Translations under genes and position numbers: made by a program
Assembly: GCA_944373135.1 (NCBI GenBank)
Contig: CALWAM010000001.1
Location: forward strand, 1 to 42,948
Direction: 5' to 3'
DNA: 42,948 bases
Source of the DNA: an uncultured Bacilli bacterium
GTDB taxonomy: Bacteria > Bacillota_I > Bacilli_A > RF39 > UBA660
Shown: in pieces, positions 29,262-38,583 of the stretch
Position numbering within the stretch: position 1 is the first letter of the stretch
Layout of the letters: every line of letters starts with the position of its first letter
The notes under the pieces: generated by a model
Told to the model about the DNA's origin: nothing
Databases searched by the model: none
The model's input: only the letters and a program-made list of their open reading frames with translations

Positions 29262-32069
29262 ATGGATAAAATTATTGTTAAAGGGGCAAGGGAAAATAAT
29301 TTAAAAAATATTGATATTGAACTACCAAAGAATAGTTTAATTGTAATGACTGGAGTTAGTGGGAGTGGTAAAAGTAGCCTGGCTTTTGACACAATCTATG
29401 CTGAAGGGCAAAGAAGATATGTTGAAAGTTTATCTGCTTATGCTCGACAATTCTTAGGAGGTAGTGAAAAACCGGATGTAGATTCTATTGAGGGATTAAG
29501 TCCTAGTATATCAATTGATCAAAAGACTACTAATCGTAATCCACGTAGTACAGTTGGGACAATTACTGAAATTTATGATTATTTAAGGTTGTTATTTGCA
29601 AGAATAGGAACACCTTATTGTCCAATTCATAAAGAACCAATTAAAAGTCAAAGTATTGAAGAAATGACTAATAAAGTATTAGATTTAGAAGAAGGAACAA
29701 AAATAGAAGTTTTAGCACCTGTTGTTAGAGGAGAAAAGGGAACTCATAAAGATTTGTTTGAAAGGTTAAGAAAAGAAGGCTATTCAAGAGTTAGAGTAAA
29801 TGGTGAAGTTAAAGATTTAATAGAAGATATAGAATTAGAAAAGAATATAAAAGATAATATTGAAGTTATTATTGATAGAATAGTGGTGGCTAAGGAAGAA
29901 AGAAGTAGGATTTTTGAGGCTATCGAAACGAGTACTAAGCTAGCTGATGGGATGACTTTAATTGTTGTTCATGGGCAAGGCGAGATGTTGATGAGTGAAA
30001 ATTATGCTTGTGTTCATTGTAATTATTCTTTACCGGCTTTAGAGCCAAGATTGTTTTCATTTAATGCTCCTTATGGAGCTTGTGAAGAGTGTAAAGGATT
30101 AGGTATAAAACAATCTATAGGAGAAAATTTATTAATACCTGATAAAAATAAAAGTATCAACGAGGGGGCAATACTAACTTTAAGTGGTGAAGATAGTATA
30201 TATTATTCAACGGTTAAAACAGTTTGTAATCACTTTAATATTGATATGGATAAGCCTTTTAAAAAATTGACTAAAAAAGAAAAAAATATAATCCTATATG
30301 GTACTGATGAGATAATTAATTTTAATTATGTTGCTAAAAATGGTAATAAAAGAGTAACAAAAGATAATTTTGAAGGAATTATAAATAATTTAGAGAGAAG
30401 ATATATTGAAACAAATAGCAATTGGATAAGAGAGTGGCTAGATTCTTTTATGGTTGAAAGTGAATGTCCTGTTTGTCATGGAGCAAGGTTAAAGTCAGGT
30501 GTTTTGAGTGTTTATATTAATAAAAAAAATATCTATGATTTGACTAAACTTAGTATAAAGGATTTAAAAGACTTTATTGATAATTTAAAACTAACTAAAG
30601 AACAAGAAACGATAAGTGAATTAATTTTAAAAGAAATTAAATCAAGATTGCAATTTTTAGATAATGTTGGTTTAGGTTATTTAAATTTAGCGCGTACGGC
30701 AGAAACTTTAAGTGGTGGAGAAGCACAAAGAATAAGATTAGCTACTCAAATTGGAAGTAGATTATCTGGAGTATTATATGTATTAGATGAACCTAGCATT
30801 GGACTTCATCAAAGAGATAATGATAGATTGATAAAATCTATGAAAGATATGGTAAACTTAGGTAATACATTAATTGTTGTTGAACATGATACGGATACAA
30901 TGATGGCTGCTGATTATTTGGTTGATATAGGGCCGGGAGCAGGAACTGATGGAGGAAGAATTATGGCTTGTGGAACTCCAGAAGAGGTTATGCATAATAA
31001 AAATAGTTTGACAGGAAAGTATTTAACTGGAGAATTAAAAATTGATGTTCCCGAAAAAAGAAGAAAAGGTAATGGTAAATTCTTAGAAATCATTGGAGCC
31101 GAAGAAAACAATTTAAAGAATATTGATGTTAAGATTCCTCTTGGTAAATTTGTATGTGTTACAGGAGTTAGCGGCAGTGGTAAAAGTAGTTTAATTAATG
31201 ACATTTTATATAAACATGTAGCTAGCAAATTATATGTAATGAAAGAAAAATTAGGTAAGTGTAAGAAAGTTAAGGGAATAGAAAATATTGATAAAGTTGT
31301 ACAAATAACTCAAGATGCTATTGGAAGAACGCCAAGAAGTAATCCGGCTACATATGTAGGATTATTTGATGATATTCGGGATGTTTTTGCTGAAATGAAA
31401 GAAAGTAAAGCTCGGGGTTATACAAAGAGTCGTTTTTCATTTAATGTTAAAGGTGGAAGATGTGAGGCTTGTTATGGGGATGGCGTCAAAAAAATAGAAA
31501 TGCATTTTTTGCCTGATGTTTATGTACCGTGTGATGTCTGTCATGGTACTAGATATAATCGAGAAACTTTAGATATAAAATATAAGGGCAAAAATATTGC
31601 TGAAGTTTTAAAAATGCGAGTTAGTGAAGCTGTTTCATTTTTTGAAAATGTCCCTAAAGTTAAAAATAAGTTGGATATATTAATGGATGTAGGATTATCA
31701 TATATTGAACTTGGCCAAAGTGCTCCGACATTAAGTGGTGGAGAAGCTGGTAGAGTAAAATTAGCTAAAGAGTTGCAAAAGAAAGCAACTGGTAAAAGCT
31801 TATTTATTTTAGATGAGCCAACTACCGGATTACATACTCATGATATAAAAAAATTAATTGCAATATTAAATCGAATTGTAGATAATGGAGATACAGTTAT
31901 TGTTATTGAACATAATCTAGATGTTATTAAAGTTGCTGATTATATTATTGATTTAGGACCAGAAGGCGGAGATGGCGGCGGCACTATTGTAGCAACTGGA
32001 ACACCAGAGGAAGTTGCTAAAGTAAAAGAATCTTATACTGGTCAATATCTTAAAAAGTATTTAAAATAA
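29262..32069 (+). CDS. uvrA: Excinuclease ABC subunit A
   Basis: Two ABC modules (GVSGSGKSSL twice, LSGGEAQR/LSGGEAGR) plus zinc fingers. Full length at 935 aa. Confidence 0.97.
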   Translation: MDKIIVKGARENNLKNIDIELPKNSLIVMTGVSGSGKSSLAFDTIYAEGQRRYVESLSAYARQFLGGSEKPDVDSIEGLSPSISIDQKTTNRNPRSTVGTITEIYDYLRLLFARIGTPYCPIHKEPIKSQSIEEMTNKVLDLEEGTKIEVLAPVVRGEKGTHKDLFERLRKEGYSRVRVNGEVKDLIEDIELEKNIKDNIEVIIDRIVVAKEERSRIFEAIETSTKLADGMTLIVVHGQGEMLMSENYACVHCNYSLPALEPRLFSFNAPYGACEECKGLGIKQSIGENLLIPDKNKSINEGAILTLSGEDSIYYSTVKTVCNHFNIDMDKPFKKLTKKEKNIILYGTDEIINFNYVAKNGNKRVTKDNFEGIINNLERRYIETNSNWIREWLDSFMVESECPVCHGARLKSGVLSVYINKKNIYDLTKLSIKDLKDFIDNLKLTKEQETISELILKEIKSRLQFLDNVGLGYLNLARTAETLSGGEAQRIRLATQIGSRLSGVLYVLDEPSIGLHQRDNDRLIKSMKDMVNLGNTLIVVEHDTDTMMAADYLVDIGPGAGTDGGRIMACGTPEEVMHNKNSLTGKYLTGELKIDVPEKRRKGNGKFLEIIGAEENNLKNIDVKIPLGKFVCVTGVSGSGKSSLINDILYKHVASKLYVMKEKLGKCKKVKGIENIDKVVQITQDAIGRTPRSNPATYVGLFDDIRDVFAEMKESKARGYTKSRFSFNVKGGRCEACYGDGVKKIEMHFLPDVYVPCDVCHGTRYNRETLDIKYKGKNIAEVLKMRVSEAVSFFENVPKVKNKLDILMDVGLSYIELGQSAPTLSGGEAGRVKLAKELQKKATGKSLFILDEPTTGLHTHDIKKLIAILNRIVDNGDTVIVIEHNLDVIKVADYIIDLGPEGGDGGGTIVATGTPEEVAKVKESYTGQYLKKYLK

Positions 32070-32155
32070 GTATTAAAACTACTTATTTTTTGACATAATT
32101 AAATAGTAGATAAATAATTACTAATTTGATATACTTTATTTTAGGAGGAGATATA

Positions 32156-32971
32156 ATGAATGAAATAGCATTTAGTATAGGGGGATTTCAAGTATATTGG
32201 TATTCATTGTTTATTATCTTAGGAGTTGTTTTAGCTTATATTGTTATTAGATTAGAAGCTAAAAGATTAATGATAAATAAAGATTTTATCTTTAATTTAA
32301 TGTTTTGGACGATTATTTTTGGAATTATTGGGGCTAGATTATATTATGTAATTTTTAAATTTCAATCTTATAAAGATAATTTGTTAGATATATTTAAAAT
32401 ATGGGAAGGCGGATTAGCTATTCATGGCGGAATTATTGCCGGTTTAATTACCATGTATTTCTATTGTAAAAAATATAAAATGAGATTATTGAGAATGACT
32501 GATATAGTTGTTCCAGGATTGATTTTGGCTCAAGGAATTGGTAGATGGGGTAATTTCTTTAATCAAGAAGCTTATGGATCTAGAGTAGCATTAAGTACTT
32601 TAGAAAACATGAAAATAATTCCGGATTTTGTGATTGAAGGAATGAAAATAGGCAATATTTATTATCATCCAACTTTTTATTATGAATTTTTGTGGTGTAT
32701 ACTAGGATTTATTATATTAATTATTGTCAGAAAATTAAAATATATTAAAATTGGACAATTGACGGCTGTTTATATGATGTGGTATGGTGTTGGCCGATTC
32801 TTTATTGAAGGATTCCGTACCGATTCTTTAATGTTTGGGGGATTTAGAGTTGCTCAAATAGTATCGGTAGTTTTATTTGTAATAGGACTTATTTTAACTA
32901 TGTTACTTAGTCGTAAAGGAAGATTTGAAGATTTATATAGTGATAAGGATAATATAAAGGTGAGATTTTAA
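32156..32971 (+). CDS. lgt: Prolipoprotein diacylglyceryl transferase
   Basis: IWEGGLAIHGG and GRWGNFFNQE motifs. Start moved to the ATG at 32156 after AGGAGGAG. Confidence 0.9.
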   Translation: MNEIAFSIGGFQVYWYSLFIILGVVLAYIVIRLEAKRLMINKDFIFNLMFWTIIFGIIGARLYYVIFKFQSYKDNLLDIFKIWEGGLAIHGGIIAGLITMYFYCKKYKMRLLRMTDIVVPGLILAQGIGRWGNFFNQEAYGSRVALSTLENMKIIPDFVIEGMKIGNIYYHPTFYYEFLWCILGFIILIIVRKLKYIKIGQLTAVYMMWYGVGRFFIEGFRTDSLMFGGFRVAQIVSVVLFVIGLILTMLLSRKGRFEDLYSDKDNIKVRF

Positions 32972-33867
32972 TGATATATGATTTGATAATTATTGGAATG
33001 GGACCAGCTGGTATTAGTGCTGGGATATATGCAAAAAGAGCAGAACTTAATGTTTTGATGCTAGATAAGTCAGCACCAGGGGGATTGTTAAATATAATTA
33101 ATAATATAGAAAATTATCCAGGATTTATTAATGTATCTGGTCCGGATTTGGCAATGAGTTTTTTTAATCAAGTAAACGGATTAAAAATACCTTATAAATT
33201 GGAAGAAGTAATAGATGTTAATCCGGGAGATATTAAAGAAGTTGTAACTAAGAATAATAAATATCAATGTAAAAGTATTATTATCACGACTGGTAGAGAA
33301 GCGCGAACAATCGGGTTAAAAAATGAAGATAAATTTTTAGGTAAAGGATTAAGTAAATGTGCGCTTTGTGATGGAGCTTTTTATAAAGGCAAAGATGTAT
33401 GTGTTGTTGGCGGCGGTAATAGTGCGTTGGGAGAAAGTTTATATCTAGCTTCGTTGTGTCATAAAGTTTATTTGGTACATAGAAGAGATGAATTTACTGC
33501 TGATAAAGAATATATTGATAAAGTTAAAAATACCAAAAATATCGAATTACTAATGAAGAGGCAAGTAGTAGAGTTAAATGGTGAAGATTATTTAAAAAGT
33601 GTAACATTGGATAATGGTGAAGTATTAAATGTTGATGGTTTATTTACTTATATTGGTTATAAACCGATGACTAATTTTGCTGTAAAATTAGATTTGGTTG
33701 ATGACAAAGGATATATTGAAGTGGATAAAAATATGGAAACTAAAGAAAAGGGGATTTTTGCGGCTGGTGACATAATAAAAAAAGATATTTATCAAATTGT
33801 AACAGCGACTAGCGAGGGAGCTATTGCAAGTATTAATGCTAATAAATATATAAAAAGTAAGAAGTGA
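32971..33867 (+). CDS. trxB: Thioredoxin-disulfide reductase (low-Mr type)
   Basis: GMGPAG FAD motif, CALCDG redox centre, GGGNSA and HRRDEF. TAATG overlap with lgt. Confidence 0.85.
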   Translation: MIYDLIIIGMGPAGISAGIYAKRAELNVLMLDKSAPGGLLNIINNIENYPGFINVSGPDLAMSFFNQVNGLKIPYKLEEVIDVNPGDIKEVVTKNNKYQCKSIIITTGREARTIGLKNEDKFLGKGLSKCALCDGAFYKGKDVCVVGGGNSALGESLYLASLCHKVYLVHRRDEFTADKEYIDKVKNTKNIELLMKRQVVELNGEDYLKSVTLDNGEVLNVDGLFTYIGYKPMTNFAVKLDLVDDKGYIEVDKNMETKEKGIFAAGDIIKKDIYQIVTATSEGAIASINANKYIKSKK

Positions 33868-33871
33868 GATT

Positions 33872-34315
33872 ATGAGTTATAAAGAAGAAATTGTAGAATT
33901 ACATGAAGAACGTAAAGAGAGTTTTATAATTATTTCAAAAGAATTAATTTCGATGTATTTTCATTGTTTTATGATGATGCCTACTAATGGTAAAATTCGA
34001 AAAAAACTTTTGAGTATATATAAAATGTTTTTAAATTATTTTAGTAATGAGGAAAAAATATTAACATTTATAAAAAATAATTATGGTAATGAGACTAAAA
34101 ATGCTAGAGTTGAATTTATTCTTAATAATTTAGATGAGATGTTTTCAGAGTTTTATGATTGGTATGATGACTACATGTCTGAATTAGAGTTTAGTTTGTC
34201 AATGGGAGATGTTTCTGACTTATTATATGAATCTATTCCCTTATTTTATGATGATACAAAATTAATGAATGATTATAATTATTTAAAATTAGGTCTTTTC
34301 AAAAAAAATAATTAG
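33872..34315 (+). CDS. Hypothetical helical, acidic protein
   Basis: ORF with an acceptable RBS (GAAGTGAG). No recognisable motif. Confidence 0.4.
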   Translation: MSYKEEIVELHEERKESFIIISKELISMYFHCFMMMPTNGKIRKKLLSIYKMFLNYFSNEEKILTFIKNNYGNETKNARVEFILNNLDEMFSEFYDWYDDYMSELEFSLSMGDVSDLLYESIPLFYDDTKLMNDYNYLKLGLFKKNN

Positions 34316-34324
34316 TGATAAGAT
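34296..34324 (+). promoter_or_regulatory. Extended -10 promoter for the pheST leader
   Basis: TTTTCA, 17 nt, then TGaTAAGAT. The predicted TSS is about 34331, at the base of T-box stem I. Confidence 0.45.
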
Positions 34325-34329
34325 AATAA

Positions 34330-34540
34330 GTAGTTAAACGAAGAAAACGATTTAGTAGTTACTTTAGTTCTTAAAAAAGAGATTAAATGTGGATGGTGAG
34401 AACATTTAAAGATAAAAAAGTAATGAATTTCAGCGTTGGAGTTTAAAGCGTAAGGTTGCGTTAAACCAAAATAAAGAGCTAGAACTTCTAGAAATTGGGT
34501 GGTACCGCGAGAAATTCGTCCCAATGCTAGAAGTTTTTTA
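34330..34540 (+). promoter_or_regulatory. T-box riboswitch leader (Phe specifier) controlling pheST
   Basis: Canonical T-box sequence AAATTGGGTGGTACCGCG (34492-34509). Stem I has AGTA and AGAGA elements and a GGTGAGA distal loop. Specifier is GAAT-TTC-A (UUC at 34429-34431). GCGTTAA F-box-like element. A terminator competes with the antiterminator. Confidence 0.9.
34485..34539 (+). terminator. T-box terminator helix
   Basis: CTTCTAGAAATTGGG...CCCAATGCTAGAAG followed by TTTTTT. The 5' arm includes the T-box 5' portion. Confidence 0.8.
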
Positions 34541-34553
34541 TATGGAGGTATTT

Positions 34554-35561
34554 ATGAAAGAAAAATTGGAAGAATTATTTAAATTGGCTAAGAGGGAAAT
34601 TGATGGTTCATTAACTGAAGCAGATTTATTTAATGTTAAATCAAAATATTTAGGAAAAAAGAGTGAAATTTCTAGTTTGATGGTTAGTTTGAAAGATATG
34701 ACCAACGAAGAAAAAAGGGAATATGGTAGTTTGTTTAATAAAATTAAAAACGATATTGAGTTATTAATTAATAACAAATTAGAAGAATTAAATAGTAAAG
34801 TAAGTTATTCTTTTGATGAAACTAAAGATTCTAATAGTGAATATGGTTCTTTAAGTCATATAACGATTGTAAGTAAGCAGGTTACTGATATTTTAAAAAG
34901 AATGGGCTTCACCGTAATTACTGGCCAAGAAATGGAAGATGAGTATCATAATTTTATCGCTCTTAATGTTGCAGAGAATCATCCAGCAAGAGATATGCAA
35001 GATACTTATTGGTTAAGTAATAAAATGGTATTAAGAACTCATACTTCTTGTAATCAAGTAAGAGCGATGGAAAATTATGGAGCGCCAATTAGAGTTTGTG
35101 CTCCTGGTAGATGTTTTAGAAATGAAGATATTGATGCATGTCATGAAAATACATTCTTTCAATTAGAGGGAATGGTTATTGATGAAAATGTTAGTATCAA
35201 TAATTTAATATATGTAATGAAGGAATTATTGAAAGAAGTTTTTAAAACTGATGTAAAAGTTAGATTAAGACCAGGTTTTTTCCCATTTACTGAGCCATCA
35301 TTTGAACTAGATTGTAGTTGTTTAATTTGTGGTGGTAAAGGATGCCCTACATGTAAAAATAGTGGATGGTTAGAGTTATGTCCTTGTGGAATGATTCATC
35401 CAAATGTACTTAAAATGAGTGGAATTGATACTAATAAATATAATGGCTTTGCTTTTGGCCTTGGTTTAACAAGATTAGCAATGATGAAATATAATATTGC
35501 TGATATAAGAGTACTTAATTCCGGTGATTTACGAAAATTGAAAGAATTTAATTTGAGGTAG
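34554..35561 (+). CDS. pheS: Phenylalanine--tRNA ligase alpha subunit
   Basis: Class II motifs (HPARDMQDT, FRNE, GFAFGLGLTRL). Start set at the ATG at 34554 after GGAGG. The upstream in-frame Met codons lie inside the leader terminator. Confidence 0.95.
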   Translation: MKEKLEELFKLAKREIDGSLTEADLFNVKSKYLGKKSEISSLMVSLKDMTNEEKREYGSLFNKIKNDIELLINNKLEELNSKVSYSFDETKDSNSEYGSLSHITIVSKQVTDILKRMGFTVITGQEMEDEYHNFIALNVAENHPARDMQDTYWLSNKMVLRTHTSCNQVRAMENYGAPIRVCAPGRCFRNEDIDACHENTFFQLEGMVIDENVSINNLIYVMKELLKEVFKTDVKVRLRPGFFPFTEPSFELDCSCLICGGKGCPTCKNSGWLELCPCGMIHPNVLKMSGIDTNKYNGFAFGLGLTRLAMMKYNIADIRVLNSGDLRKLKEFNLR

Positions 35562-35569
35562 GTGAAATT

Positions 35570-37903
35570 ATGAAAATATCATGTAATATATTAAAAAAAC
35601 ATATTAAAAATAGTGAAGACATTGATTTTTTAAAAGTATGGGATAAGTTTACAATAAGAACAGCCGAAGTAGAAGATGTCTATGAAGTAGGTAAAAATAT
35701 TGATGGGGTAGTAGTTGGTAAAATAATAAGTTGTGAAAATCATCCTAAAAGTAATAAATTGCATGTTTTAAACGTCGATGTTGGTAAAGAAGTATTACAA
35801 ATTGTTTGTGGAGCGCCTAATGTTAAAGAAGGAATTAAGGTTCCTGTTATTCAAGTAGGAGGACATTTAGGTGATATAGAAATAAGTGTAAGACCATTAC
35901 TTGGAGTTGATTCTCATGGTATGTGTTGTGCTATGGATGAACTTGGTATTGGTGATGATCATGATGGTATTATGATTTTACCTGATGAGTGGGAAATTGG
36001 TAAGGATATTAAAAAATATTTACCTTTTATGGAAGATATTATTGTTGAAATTGATAATAAATCTTTAACTAATCGTCCTGATTTATGGGGACATTATGGA
36101 ATTGCTAGAGAAATAGCTGCTATTACTGGACATGAGTTATTACCTTTACAATTAGAAGACATTGTTAATAATAAAGAAGATATTAACATTAAAATCAATA
36201 CTGATAATTGTTTAAGATTTACGGGAATAAAAATAGGTAATGTTAAAAATTTAGCGACTCCTTTATGGATGCAAGTATTTTTATACTATGCTGGTATGCG
36301 GAGTATAAATTTGTTAGTTGACTTAACTAATTATTTAATGTTAGAGTTAGGCCAACCGATGCATGCTTATGATGCACGTAATGTTAAAAGTATTGTCGTT
36401 GATATGGCTCGTGATAATACAACTTTTGTTACATTAGATAAAGAAGAAAGAAAATTAACTAGTAATAATATGATGATACTTGATGGTGAAAAATATATCG
36501 GCATAGCTGGTGTAATGGGAGGATTAGATAGCGAGACTCTACCTGATACCGAAGAAATATTATTAGAGAGTGCTTGTTTTGACGCTACTAGTGTAAGAAA
36601 AACGGCGATTAGTTTAGGACTTAGAACTGAAGCTAGTGCACGATATGAAAAGTCTTTAGATCCTAATATGACTGAAATTGCAATTAAAAGATTTATTTAT
36701 TTATTAAAAAATATTGATAAAGAAATAGTTATTACGTCAAATATGACTGATGTTTATCCTAAAAAATTAAATGAATTAGAAGTAAGTTTAAGTAAAAAAT
36801 TGTTGACTACTTATATGGGGAAAGAATTAGATAGTGAAATCGTAATTAAGATATTGACTTCTTTAGGTTTTAAAGTTAATGAAGAAGATGATTCTTATAA
36901 GGTTGTCGTTCCGACATTTAGATGTACTAAAGATATTAGTATGGCAGCTGATTTAATTGAAGAAATAGCCAGAATGTACGGCTATGAAAATATGGAATTA
37001 GTACCATTAAAATCTGATTTAACGTTTAAAGTTCATGAAGATTATTTTGATAAAGATTATGAAATAAAAGAATTCTTAGTTAATAGATATAATTTAAGTG
37101 AAATTCATACATATTTATGGTATAAAACCGGCTTTTTAAATAGTCTTAAAATTATGAAGGACAATACGAAATTAGTTGATAGAACTGAAGATAATATTTT
37201 AAGAGATGATATTAGATTAAGTTTATTGGAAGTATGTAAACTTAATATGAAGAATTTCAATAAAGTTGGTATATTTGAAATTGGTACTGAAATTCATGGA
37301 AATGATAATAAAAGAGTTTTAGGTATTACTTTAGTTGATGATGAAACAAGAGTTGAAAAAGTTTATTATGAAGCAAAGAGTATTGTTAGCGATTTATTTA
37401 AAGCTTTAAAAAATATAACGGTATCTTTTGTAAAGGGTAATCAAGAAGATTATTTTGTTAGTGATTATGGTTATGATATAGAAGTTAACAATAAGAAATA
37501 TGGTTCTTTAAATATATTTAAGCCAAGTATATGTAATGAAGTAGCTAAGAAATCGGTTGTTATAGCAATAAAAATTGATATAGATTTGTTAAATAATACA
37601 GACTTAGTAGATGTTAATTACCAAGAAATTAGTAAATATCAAGAAGTTAATTTAGATTATACTATTATTAGTAATAAAAAATCTAAATATGTGGATATCT
37701 TAAATGTTATTAACAAATACAAAAGCGAATTAATTAAAAGTGTAAAATTAATTGATGTTTACGAAGATAATGAAAATAAAAAATATACAATTAGATATGT
37801 TATAGGTAGTTATGATCATACACTAGACAGTTGCGAATTAGATAATTTTAAAACTGATTTTATTAATTTAGTTAAAGATAATGGTTTAAATATTATTGAA
37901 TAA
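35570..37903 (+). CDS. pheT: Phenylalanine--tRNA ligase beta subunit
   Basis: tRNA-binding OB domain (HPKSNKLHVLNVDVG), B3/4 and B5 domains, and a C-terminal FDX-ACB-like domain. Confidence 0.95.
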   Translation: MKISCNILKKHIKNSEDIDFLKVWDKFTIRTAEVEDVYEVGKNIDGVVVGKIISCENHPKSNKLHVLNVDVGKEVLQIVCGAPNVKEGIKVPVIQVGGHLGDIEISVRPLLGVDSHGMCCAMDELGIGDDHDGIMILPDEWEIGKDIKKYLPFMEDIIVEIDNKSLTNRPDLWGHYGIAREIAAITGHELLPLQLEDIVNNKEDINIKINTDNCLRFTGIKIGNVKNLATPLWMQVFLYYAGMRSINLLVDLTNYLMLELGQPMHAYDARNVKSIVVDMARDNTTFVTLDKEERKLTSNNMMILDGEKYIGIAGVMGGLDSETLPDTEEILLESACFDATSVRKTAISLGLRTEASARYEKSLDPNMTEIAIKRFIYLLKNIDKEIVITSNMTDVYPKKLNELEVSLSKKLLTTYMGKELDSEIVIKILTSLGFKVNEEDDSYKVVVPTFRCTKDISMAADLIEEIARMYGYENMELVPLKSDLTFKVHEDYFDKDYEIKEFLVNRYNLSEIHTYLWYKTGFLNSLKIMKDNTKLVDRTEDNILRDDIRLSLLEVCKLNMKNFNKVGIFEIGTEIHGNDNKRVLGITLVDDETRVEKVYYEAKSIVSDLFKALKNITVSFVKGNQEDYFVSDYGYDIEVNNKKYGSLNIFKPSICNEVAKKSVVIAIKIDIDLLNNTDLVDVNYQEISKYQEVNLDYTIISNKKSKYVDILNVINKYKSELIKSVKLIDVYEDNENKKYTIRYVIGSYDHTLDSCELDNFKTDFINLVKDNGLNIIE

Positions 37904-37937
37904 AAAAAGTCCTTAATTTGGGACTTTTTCTTTTTTT
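37904..37937. terminator. Bidirectional terminator after pheT
   Basis: AAAAAAAGTCC-ttaatttg-GGACTTTTT followed by CTTTTTTT. It overlaps the 3' end of the convergent 136-aa ORF. Confidence 0.65.
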
Positions 37938-38323
37938 AATCTCATTATGTTTTGCTGATAAGTAGCATGGATACTCTTTAGTTCATTTTTTGACATGTTT
38001 CTAAACCAGTAATAGGTTTGTTCTAAGGGGTTTATTGAATAATGATTGTTAGCTATATCTATCATCATTTTTTCTTTATCGTGATTGTATAAAATTATTA
38101 AATCTTTAGAGTGTATGATTTGACCATTAGGTGCCAATAATTCTTTTTTTAGCACAAAGGTTGTACATGTCCATAAATGGTAATGAGTGGCTAATTCGGA
38201 GCTATTTTCAAAACTTGTAGTTATATTGTCGATATCTAAAATATTACTAGATCTTTCTAATAGTTGTAATTCTTCATTACTACTAACAAAGTATAAAGAA
38301 TAATATGATAGTACTTCATTCAT
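37913..38323 (-). CDS. Hypothetical protein
   Basis: 136-aa ORF with a GAGGTG RBS and its own promoter. No recognisable motif. Confidence 0.45.
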   Translation of the reverse strand: MNEVLSYYSLYFVSSNEELQLLERSSNILDIDNITTSFENSSELATHYHLWTCTTFVLKKELLAPNGQIIHSKDLIILYNHDKEKMMIDIANNHYSINPLEQTYYWFRNMSKNELKSIHATYQQNIMRLKKEKVPN

Positions 38324-38342
38324 ATTATCACCTCATATTATA

Positions 38343-38371
38343 AGTATAATAAAATACTTAGGTTTAATCAA
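38343..38371 (-). promoter_or_regulatory. Promoter for the 136-aa ORF
   Basis: On the minus strand: TTGATT, 17 nt, then TATACT. Confidence 0.4.
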
Positions 38372-38523
38372 TTATCTAATATATATTTATTTTATGTTTG
38401 AAATAACTAAAAAGTTTTAGAGATTAATTTAATTATTTTATATTCATTTATAATATGTGATATTTATTAGTTTTTAGTATTACTTTATTATTTTCAAATC
38501 TAATTAACTTATTTTAAGTAAAT

Positions 38524-38550
38524 AAAAAAGGTTAAACGAACTTAACCTTT
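38524..38550 (-). terminator. Rho-independent terminator of the recombinase gene
   Basis: On the minus strand: AAAGGTTAA-gttcgt-TTAACCTTT followed by TTTTAT. Confidence 0.6.
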
Positions 38551-38583
38551 GTATATAGAAGTCGATTATTTCGACTAATTTTT

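Noticed and set aside
30914-31228. 104-aa minus-strand ORF, and 29207..29392
   Set aside because: Both are antisense to uvrA and the end of the radical SAM gene. They have no start context.
32971-33867. TrxB variants (CALCDG instead of CATCDG; HRRDEFT lacking the final Arg) as a hint of a ferredoxin-dependent or non-NADPH reductase
   Set aside because: GGGNSA and HRRDEF are still present. The differences are small and cannot be interpreted without alignment to characterised enzymes.
34312-34524. 70-aa minus-strand ORF, and the N-terminal extension of pheS from 34524
   Set aside because: The region is the pheST T-box leader. The conserved T-box sequence and terminator explain it, and the RBS supports a pheS start at 34554.
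38372-38523. Attempt to define the exact att junction of the element
   Set aside because: The stretch is featureless AT-rich DNA. Serine-integrase att sites are short imperfect palindromes, and the other end of the element is outside the window, so no repeat comparison is possible.
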